Below, one piece after another: positions 7,362-14,092 of a stretch of DNA of 26,007 nucleotides. A program made the position numbers and the translations under genes. This DNA is from Omnitrophica WOR_2 bacterium RIFCSPLOWO2_12_FULL_51_8 (GTDB lineage Bacteria; Omnitrophota; Gorgyraeia; Gygaellales; Profunditerraquicolaceae): NCBI GenBank assembly GCA_001805895.1, contig MHHD01000008.1, positions 1 to 26,007 of the forward strand, written 5' to 3'. The notes beneath the pieces are model-generated. The model searched no databases and was not told where the DNA came from. It saw only the letters and a list, made by a program, of their open reading frames with translations. Each line of letters opens with the position of its first letter. Position 1 is the stretch's first letter.

Positions 7362-7939
7362 TGATGCCTCGCGCTTTTTTGAACCGCCTCAAATAATTCC
7401 TTGTTAACAATCTCTCTATGCCAGTTCTTTCTTTTCGCAATCAATATAGGCCTTGCCTTTGAATTATCAAACAACATCCAAGAATCAAGCAAGGGATCAT
7501 ATAGATCGAAGAAATTATTAATTCCGCGGGTAAAACGCCTGCGCACATCTTCAGCAGGAACATAATGCCCGCCTTCTACAACCCTGTCTTTAATACGCGC
7601 GATTGCGAGTCCGGGGCTGGGGATCCAAAGAAAGAATAGATGCAGCGCGTAGCCTTTCTTTTTGAACTCCTCTAGCAAGCTTACGTAGGATTTACCGGAT
7701 AAAGTAGTTTCAAATGCAAAATCAACGCCCCGTTTCGCATATTCGTGTATTTGCTGCAATACGAGTTTGCCGGCTTTAATGGCGGCAGCGCGAGGCTCAA
7801 ACGGAGCTAATCCTTGAGCGATCAGGTCGGCATTGACAAAATTCGGACAATTCACGTAATCAGGTAAAAACATCCTGGCAAACGTCGTCTTGCCCGATCC
7901 GTTAGGTCCCGCAATAATGTAAACTGCCTTGTTATTCAT
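7358..7939 (-). CDS. Zeta-toxin-like P-loop ATPase/kinase
   Basis: IAGPNGSGKTT Walker A, VNADLIA, FAFETTLSG, RV..GGH.VP..DVRRR. Confidence 0.85.
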   Translation of the reverse strand: MNNKAVYIIAGPNGSGKTTFARMFLPDYVNCPNFVNADLIAQGLAPFEPRAAAIKAGKLVLQQIHEYAKRGVDFAFETTLSGKSYVSLLEEFKKKGYALHLFFLWIPSPGLAIARIKDRVVEGGHYVPAEDVRRRFTRGINNFFDLYDPLLDSWMLFDNSKARPILIAKRKNWHREIVNKELFEAVQKSARHQ

Positions 7940-7995
7940 AAGCGCCTTTACCGCTCAAGGAACTTTACCAGATATAATCGTAGAACTCGCCTGAG

Positions 7996-8151
7996 CGTCA
8001 ACAATGAGGGGTAGTCGTGGGGCAGGCTAACCCCCTACAACCCTTTGAGATACCGCTACTTATAAAAATTTATAAGAAACGCGGTGTGGGCTGGCAAATT
8101 TCTCTGGGCGAACCCATCAACCCTACCCTCCGCAAGAAAACGTGCCATTAA
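7996..8151. mobile_element. R element copy 3 (diverged)
   Basis: CGTCAACAATGA + GGGGTAGTCGTGG...CTTATAAAAATTTATAAG...GCGAACCCATC; colinear with copies at 9772 and 12650. Confidence 0.8.
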
Positions 8152-8164
8152 AAGCAAAGAATGA

Positions 8165-8362
8165 TTATCCAGTAGTAGATGGGATAAATCCAAATATCTT
8201 TGTCTTATCCTTTATTACGATTTTCTTTACCACAGCAACAATTTTAGTCCCATCGTTCTCAAAATATTCCAATTTATCCCCTGAAGATACTGCTCCACCG
8301 CTCACCGTCCCTTCAAAAACAATGCCCCTGCCATGAATCCCAAAAATATCCTTTACCTCCAT
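8165..8362 (-). CDS. 65-aa protein resembling EF-Tu domain II beta-barrel, possibly truncated
   Basis: EVKDIFGIHGRGIVFEGTVSGGAVSSGDKLE resembles the V.DVFSI.GRGTVVTG.V..G.V..GD.V pattern. Confidence 0.55.
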   Translation of the reverse strand: MEVKDIFGIHGRGIVFEGTVSGGAVSSGDKLEYFENDGTKIVAVVKKIVIKDKTKIFGFIPSTTG

Positions 8363-8384
8363 CCTGCTATTAATAGCATCCTAC

Positions 8385-8444
8385 AGGGTTCGCGTCCACT
8401 ACAACTCACGCCCAAAATAGCTATGGCTCTCGTCCGTCAACCTC
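8385..8444. mobile_element. L element copy 3 (right half degenerate)
   Basis: Exact AGGGTTCGCGTCCAC at 8385-8399; the right half is reduced to CGTCAACCT. Confidence 0.7.
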
Positions 8445-8455
8445 GCCGGAGAAGG

Positions 8456-9589
8456 TCATAACCATTGATCGAGATGCGTAACACAATCAACAAACGGCGC
8501 TATCTCAACGCCTCGGTCATGCCACCGGCGATGTCCGAGATAAAGCAGACAAGTCTTTGCTTCCTTAAAATCCTCGCGGAATCGCCGTAAGGCGCCGAAA
8601 TCATCGGGGCGGATCTTCTCAGCCATTTTGATTTCAAAAGCGCGCAAACCTCGTTCGCCATACAGCACAAAATCCACCTCATCCGCCGTGGCTGTCCGCC
8701 AGTAATGCAAGCGATACCCCAAATTTTTGTAGTCGTTGATAGCGCGCGCTTCCTGCAAAAAAAGGGTCTCGAGCGCCGCTCCGTGTATTTCTTCCGGGGC
8801 ATCCAGTGACCCGCGCGGGCGGATAGCCTGAAATACTCCGGTGTCGAAGTAATAAAACTTGGGGTGCGTAATGAGTCTCCGTTTGACGCGCTTGGTAAAA
8901 ACCGGCAGGCGGATGGCAATCAATAAATCCTCAAGAATGCTGAAATAGTCTTCGACGACTTTGGCCGACACGGCGCACTCGCGGGCCACGGCCGCCATAT
9001 TGAGCAATCCGCCTTGGGAAAAGCTGGCGGCTTCCAGAAAACGGCTGAAGGCGCTGAGGTTACGGGCGAATCCTTCTTGTTGGACCTCTTCGCGCAGATA
9101 GGTGGCAGCGTAACTTTTCAGATAACCTTCTGGCTTGGCGCTCGTACAGGCCAGCGGCAGACCACCGTAACGAAGGGCGCGTTTGAGATCAAAGTCCTTG
9201 CCCAATTCCAACGCTGTCAGGGGATGCATATGATACGTCAACGCACGACCTGCCAGCAAGTTAACACCGCGGCGGCGTAACTTGCGCGCGCTTGATCCGG
9301 TCAGCGCGAATTGTAAGCGCCGCGACTCAATTAAACGGTGCGCTTCATTCAGCAATTCCGGCACGCGTTGGACCTCATCTAGAACTACCCAGCCCTTGTA
9401 ATCCTGGGGAATTCTTTCTCCCAACCGTGTCGGTTCAGCCAGCAGCTCGCTATAGATCCGGTAATCCAGCAAATCAAAAAAGAGCGCTCTGGGAAATTGA
9501 TCGTGCAGCCAGGCGGTCTTGCCTACTCCGCGGGGCCCGAACAGAAAGAAGCTCTGCCGCCTAGGGGGTTTGAGCAATCGTGCATACAT
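8456..9589 (-). CDS. AAA_14 ATPase with C-terminal DUF4143-like domain
   Basis: FGPRGVGKT, LDEVQ, LTGSSAR, LAGRA, KFYYFDTG, EVDFV...FEIK. Confidence 0.88.
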   Translation of the reverse strand: MYARLLKPPRRQSFFLFGPRGVGKTAWLHDQFPRALFFDLLDYRIYSELLAEPTRLGERIPQDYKGWVVLDEVQRVPELLNEAHRLIESRRLQFALTGSSARKLRRRGVNLLAGRALTYHMHPLTALELGKDFDLKRALRYGGLPLACTSAKPEGYLKSYAATYLREEVQQEGFARNLSAFSRFLEAASFSQGGLLNMAAVARECAVSAKVVEDYFSILEDLLIAIRLPVFTKRVKRRLITHPKFYYFDTGVFQAIRPRGSLDAPEEIHGAALETLFLQEARAINDYKNLGYRLHYWRTATADEVDFVLYGERGLRAFEIKMAEKIRPDDFGALRRFREDFKEAKTCLLYLGHRRWHDRGVEIAPFVDCVTHLDQWL

Positions 9590-9771
9590 AAGTCTTTTTT
9601 ATCATAAAAAAATGACTTGTCAAGTAATTTTTACATAATCTATCAAAGGCATTCTTTTCTTCTATTGCCCCATTTTTAACAAACTACTGCATTAATTTTG
9701 ACTGCTGTCAAATTTACTCGCAAGTAAATTTCCCTGTCCACGCAACGCCCCACGCCCTCTACTTGGCCACT

Positions 9772-9960
9772 CGTCAACAATGACGGGTAGTCGTGGACGA
9801 AAGTCGAACCCTGCAACCCATTGAGATACCGTTACTTATAAAAATTCATAAGAAACATGGTGTGGGCTGGCTAATCGCCCTAGACGAACCCATCTTCAAT
9901 AAACCTACAAAAACCAAAGAACCGACAAACCCAGAGCCATACTGCGACTATGTTATTTAG
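9772..9960. mobile_element. R element copy 2
   Basis: CGTCAACAATGA + CGGGTAGTCGTGGACG-n5-CGAACCCT...; 177 nt colinear without gaps with 12650-12826. Confidence 0.85.
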
Positions 9961-9986
9961 CTTGACCTTTAATCTAGGTTAGAAAT

Positions 9987-10988
9987 TTATTTATACAACC
10001 TCAACTCCATCTGACTACTCTCAATCTTTACTGCGTCACAACCATCCTTTAGTAAATCACGATAAAGCTCCTTTATGACATCCTTTTCAGTGCCTTCGTC
10101 AACGAACCTCAACGCAGAAGCAGCAAGATATGTCCTGTCTTTCTCAAACGCAATCCACTTGCGGTCAAGGACCTCGGCAGCCTCGCCAGACGTATTAGAA
10201 CCAGCAAAAAAATCCAGCACCAAATCCCCAGGGGCAGTCAAAAACTTAATGAAAAACTCAGGAAGCTGCCTTGGAAACCTTGCAGGATGAGGATCGGCAC
10301 CGACAAGCTTGCAAAAACGCAAATACTTAGAATTGCTCTCCGAATTGGAAATCTGCAAAAGATTAGAAGGAATAGCACCCCCATTCCCGTTAGGAATCCC
10401 AAAACTCTTAGAAATATTATGCCCAGAAGGACGCTCCTTCGGTGTATAAAACTTCTCGCTATTCTTCAACAACTCCTTCATGCGCTCAGAATACGGAACC
10501 AACACCCTCGAAACATCGGCATTAGGAAACTCCGACTTAGAAAACCACCAGACAGTATTCACCGAATCCTTAGCCCTAATCTTCCTCTTATTCACCCACT
10601 CAATCGGCGATGGCAGCTTAGACGGGTTATGCCAAAAAAACTCCTCAGCCAAGAAAAAGCCAAGCTCGTCACAAAAACGCACAAGTACCCTGAAATTATA
10701 AAGTGACCTAGTCGGCCTGCCCTTCTCGTAAGCACCACCCAAATCCAAAACAAAACTCCCATCTTCCCTCAACACCCTAAAGACTTTCCTGCCAAAAGCC
10801 ATCAACCAATCAACATAATCCTCCTGAGACTCATTCCCATACTCCTTCTTGCGCTGCAAGGCAAAGGGCGGGGAAGTTACCACCAGATTAACGCTGTCCG
10901 CAGCAAGGCAATCAAGAAGCTCCAGCGAATCACCCACAAACGCCCTGCCATGCTTCGTCTTATATACTGGAACAGGCAAATTACTCAT
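9987..10988 (-). CDS. Site-specific DNA methyltransferase, beta class, probably N4-cytosine, M.PvuII-like
   Basis: TSPPFALQRKKEYGN (motif IV), NPSKLPSPIEWVNKRKIR, HPARFP, DFFAGSNT (motif I). ATG at 10988 preferred over the track's TTG at 11015. Confidence 0.92.
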   Translation of the reverse strand: MSNLPVPVYKTKHGRAFVGDSLELLDCLAADSVNLVVTSPPFALQRKKEYGNESQEDYVDWLMAFGRKVFRVLREDGSFVLDLGGAYEKGRPTRSLYNFRVLVRFCDELGFFLAEEFFWHNPSKLPSPIEWVNKRKIRAKDSVNTVWWFSKSEFPNADVSRVLVPYSERMKELLKNSEKFYTPKERPSGHNISKSFGIPNGNGGAIPSNLLQISNSESNSKYLRFCKLVGADPHPARFPRQLPEFFIKFLTAPGDLVLDFFAGSNTSGEAAEVLDRKWIAFEKDRTYLAASALRFVDEGTEKDVIKELYRDLLKDGCDAVKIESSQMELRLYK

Positions 10989-11022
10989 GACAAAAAAATC
11001 CTCTCCTCTAACCAAGCCGGGC

Positions 11023-12477
11023 TCAATATATTTCGAGGTTGCCGACCCAACTCGAAAGAATCTTCCACAAAACAGTCACGGCAAAATAAACCTCTTTATC
11101 CTTATCCTTCAAGTCTTCAATCTCGGCGACAAGCTTCTCCTGCTTCTGCGTGCCAACAACCCAGGCAACCCACTTCCTCGCCCCATCATCAGCCATGACA
11201 GAAAGTAAATCCTTGACAGAGAAATTTCCGCTCTTGCTTAAAGCCCATGAAATACCGGCTCTCACATCCTCGCTCCCCTTCGGAAAATACTTGATGATTT
11301 CCTTGCCGAACAAGCCGGAAAGCCTAAACAAAGCACGGGCAGACTCAGACCGCACACCCAAATCAATATCATCAAAGACAGAAACCAAGGCGTCAAGCGC
11401 AACCTTGTTCTTAAGCTCGCCCAAAGCCCAGGCAGCACCAGCCCTGATCTCTGAATGCTGAGCCTTATCAAGCAAGACTTCGATTAGAAGTCTGCATGAG
11501 ACATCGCTACAAATTTCTCCAAGAATAATCACACACTCCAAACGATTCTCCAAATATTCATCAGCCAAAACAGACTTAAAGAAATCTACGCTGTCACTAA
11601 AGCCCATCTTCAAAAGGCTAGCCGCAGCCTCCAAACGGATATATATGTGGTCTCTTGCGTCGCCAGTCTTCTTGACCAGGGCTCCATGAATATCCGCCCC
11701 CTTAAAAAACGACAACGCTTTTGCTGCGCCGTAGCGATCACTCAAAGAAGCGCTCCTAATCATCCTAACGTAATCCCTGGCTTCCATGCCCTTACCACAG
11801 TCAAAACTCGTCGAAACAGGAACGACGCTTGCCAAAATCTGATCTTCAACAAAAACGTCCCCAGCCTTCACAAGAGGCTTAAGTCTGATACCCTTCTTCT
11901 CCAAGGCAAGACTGATAAGCCTGCCATCACCTCTACGCTTTAATTTAAGCCGTTCCTTGCCAACCTCCACGACTTCGCCTGCGCAACTGGCAACTGCGCT
12001 AGGCCAGGTAATCCTTGCCTCAAAGCCCTCCTCAGTGCCCTTCGGTTTCTCCCAAAAAACCTTCTTGTCAACAACAGCAGCCCTCAAAGGCTTAGCCGAC
12101 ACATACTGAACAAACCCGGAAGCAGCCCAATCAACAGGCTCAGTCCCAATCTTGCTACACTTCACAAAAGCAACCATGTCGCCATCATCCAAACCAAAAT
12201 CCCATCCTCGCTCAGGACTGACAACGCTATGCGACATCGTCACAAGCAGCTTAGTCTTAGCCCTCGACTCAACCCTCCTGCCACAGCCAACGCATAAGAC
12301 ATCAGGAACTCGCACCCTCTTAATTTTGATTTCCTTCCAAATCTTAAAGCTCATACTGCCACGTTCAAGCTCAACAGGACGATGCCCAAGCCGCTTCAAA
12401 TCCTCAAAAACCCTCCTCGTGCCAGTAGCGCCAATAGAAATCTTTTCTAAAAAACTCACATCCGTCTTAAAAGCCAT
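11023..12477 (-). CDS. Putative restriction endonuclease: N-terminal PD-(D/E)xK-like region plus C-terminal HEAT repeats
   Basis: VPDVLC...VESRAK in the N terminus; repeated helical units (RYGAAKAL, RLEAAASL, RAGAAWALGEL, RSESARAL); directly upstream of the methylase. Confidence 0.6.
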   Translation of the reverse strand: MAFKTDVSFLEKISIGATGTRRVFEDLKRLGHRPVELERGSMSFKIWKEIKIKRVRVPDVLCVGCGRRVESRAKTKLLVTMSHSVVSPERGWDFGLDDGDMVAFVKCSKIGTEPVDWAASGFVQYVSAKPLRAAVVDKKVFWEKPKGTEEGFEARITWPSAVASCAGEVVEVGKERLKLKRRGDGRLISLALEKKGIRLKPLVKAGDVFVEDQILASVVPVSTSFDCGKGMEARDYVRMIRSASLSDRYGAAKALSFFKGADIHGALVKKTGDARDHIYIRLEAAASLLKMGFSDSVDFFKSVLADEYLENRLECVIILGEICSDVSCRLLIEVLLDKAQHSEIRAGAAWALGELKNKVALDALVSVFDDIDLGVRSESARALFRLSGLFGKEIIKYFPKGSEDVRAGISWALSKSGNFSVKDLLSVMADDGARKWVAWVVGTQKQEKLVAEIEDLKDKDKEVYFAVTVLWKILSSWVGNLEIY

Positions 12478-12576
12478 AACAAAAAAATCCTTTCTCTAAA
12501 AAGAAACGATGACCTTTTCAAAAAGTTTTCGTACTCAAGTTTTTATTTACACTCATAAGCATCTCTTTTCCAGCTC

Positions 12577-12826
12577 AGGGTTCGCGTCCACAATTACTGT
12601 GCGCAAAATTGCTTTTGCTTCTCGACGGATGGTTCACCTAAAAATCTGGCGGGTAGTCGTGGACGGTAGGCGAACCCTACAACCCCTTGAAATACCGTTA
12701 CTTATAAAAATTTATAAGAAACGCGGTATGGGTTGGCTCATCGCCCTAGACGAACCCATCTTCAATAAACCTGAAAAACCTAAAGAACCAAAACAGTTAG
12801 AGCCTAACTATAATTATGCCATCTAA
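12577..12826. mobile_element. Complete L|R junction (attP-like composite site)
   Basis: L copy 2 (12577-12652) fused to R copy 1 (12653-12826); GGTTCACCT (12631) and AGGCGAACC (12668) are inverted about the GT at 12653-12654. Confidence 0.85.
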
Positions 12827-12838
12827 CAGCATTTTGCC

Positions 12839-13279
12839 TTAAAAAAGTTCCTTAGAATTAACGTTATAATTGATCATCAGCCAAGAATCGCCATACTTCT
12901 TCAAAACAAAAGAATCTGTAGATTCGCCTTTTTCATGGATTACCGTATACTGAACGCTAAAATATACTCCATCTGGGGCATAGTTAAGTCGCCAAGCGCC
13001 CTTCTTCCGCTCCTTAGCAATACCTAATTTCCCCCAAACGCCGTTCATTATCTTATCAAAACTTTCGCGGGGGCCACTCTTTTTGAATTTTTCATCAGCC
13101 ATCGAATCAAACATGTAGCCAAAATCTTGTTTATTGTAATGGTCATAGAAGCTTGCAATGAATTTTTCAACAGATGGCGTGAATTTACTGGCATTTAAAA
13201 AGGCGAAGCCACCAAAAACAACAAATAAAATTATTATTACCAAAAACGTAATTCCTAGACCAATAAAGAATTTCTTCAT
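12839..13279 (-). CDS. Membrane-anchored hypothetical protein (146 aa)
   Basis: N-terminal hydrophobic helix, then a soluble alpha/beta domain ending in SFVLKKYGDSWLMINYNV; GGAGG RBS. Confidence 0.75.
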   Translation of the reverse strand: MKKFFIGLGITFLVIIILFVVFGGFAFLNASKFTPSVEKFIASFYDHYNKQDFGYMFDSMADEKFKKSGPRESFDKIMNGVWGKLGIAKERKKGAWRLNYAPDGVYFSVQYTVIHEKGESTDSFVLKKYGDSWLMINYNVNSKELF

Positions 13280-13292
13280 TCTTGCACCTCCT

Positions 13293-13859
13293 CTATTTAT
13301 TCCGCAGATCGTTTACTATTTGGTAAACTTTTTCTGCATCTTTAATATCGTAAAAGGTCGGAACATCCTTCCCATAGAATGACGCAAAAAAATCCATACC
13401 GGTATTTTCATACATGCCCACCATAAATGAAGGGTTGCCAAATTTAACGGCACCTATTCCATTCGATCGAACGCTCTTGTTAATACACGGCAAAGTATTA
13501 ATGTATGCCGCTTGGATGTTTTCACCAAATAAGCTGGTCACAATTAATACTCGCTTATCAGTTACGGCATACCATGTTCTTTGCTTCTTCCACTTTTTAT
13601 AAAAAAATCTCCCAAAGATAGAATACAGGCCAATTAATACAAATGGGATACCAAATAACGCAAAAAATATTGGCGCGCCTTGCCCTGCCTTGTCCTTCAT
13701 AAAAAGGACAGAGGACTCCCAAAATATGGCGAACCCTCCCCACAATAAACTAAAAGGCACAAGAAAAACGTCAGACGCAGAAAACAGGATATTTGCTTCC
13801 GGCTGGCCTTTCCATAAAATTGATTCATCTTTTAGCAATTGCTTTTGCAGAACATCCAT
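13293..13859 (-). CDS. Two-TM membrane protein with bacterial PH-like C-terminal domain (188 aa)
   Basis: E.ILWKGQP, two TM helices, YAVTDKRVLI. ATG at 13859 preferred because the track's GTG at 13892 lies inside the L element. Confidence 0.75.
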   Translation of the reverse strand: MDVLQKQLLKDESILWKGQPEANILFSASDVFLVPFSLLWGGFAIFWESSVLFMKDKAGQGAPIFFALFGIPFVLIGLYSIFGRFFYKKWKKQRTWYAVTDKRVLIVTSLFGENIQAAYINTLPCINKSVRSNGIGAVKFGNPSFMVGMYENTGMDFFASFYGKDVPTFYDIKDAEKVYQIVNDLRNK

Positions 13860-13877
13860 ATAATTAACCCTTTCTCT

Positions 13878-13955
13878 AGGGTTCGCGTCCACGACAACCT
13901 AAGCAAAAAACGCAAGCGGCTGTCGTCGGACGGTTCACCTCAAAAACTGGCGGGT
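13878..13955. mobile_element. L element copy 1, joined to a tRNA-like half-site
   Basis: AGGGTTCGCGTCCAC-39 nt-GGTTCACCTCAAAAACTGGCGGGT. Confidence 0.85.
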
Positions 13956-14001
13956 TATTAGGGATTCGAACCCTCTCGCCTGCGCCAAAGATCTTTTCAA
14001 A
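13948..14001 (-). pseudogene. tRNA-like 3' fragment (T arm, acceptor strand, CCA) directly downstream of tRNA-Leu
   Basis: Minus strand: TTTGAAA-AGATC-14 nt-GAGGGTTCGAATCCCTA-ATAACCC-G-CCA; no matching 5' half. Confidence 0.55.
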
Positions 14002-14085
14002 TGCCGGGGGAGGGATTTGAACCCTCACACTCTTACGAGCGGCGGATTTTAAGTCCGCATTGTCTGCCAGTTCCAACACCCCGGC
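14002..14085 (-). tRNA. tRNA-Leu(TAA), CCA not encoded
   Basis: GCCGGGG/CCCCGGC acceptor stem, GCGGA-CTTAAAA-TCCGC anticodon arm, long variable arm, GAGGGTTCAAATCCCTC T arm. Confidence 0.97.
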
Positions 14086-14092
14086 AAAAATA

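Noticed and set aside
9590-9771. Promoter and short palindromes upstream of the ATPase
   Set aside because: TTGACA and TATGAT are only 11 nt apart; the palindromes (TTTGAC/GTCAAA, AATTTACT/AGTAAATT) are short and AT-rich with no second copy to support them.
12696-12723. 28-bp palindrome as a chromosomal dif site
   Set aside because: No XerD arm (TTATGTTAAAT), three copies, and located near oriC rather than the terminus.
12509-12826. 105-aa plus-strand ORF as an independent gene
   Set aside because: It consists of the L|R junction, has no RBS, and its N-terminal part is not conserved; treated as a finding about the element instead.
7132-13955. L elements as a CRISPR array (conserved flanks around a 33-39 nt variable core)
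   Set aside because: The two flanks are different sequences, copies are kilobases apart, the variable cores are partly homologous, and no cas genes are present.
7132-13955. Classical integron attC array
   Set aside because: No RYYYAAC...GTTRRRY boxes with L/R-box hairpin symmetry, and no intI gene.
13876-14079. 67-aa ORF
   Set aside because: Overlaps tRNA-Leu and the L element; a shadow ORF.
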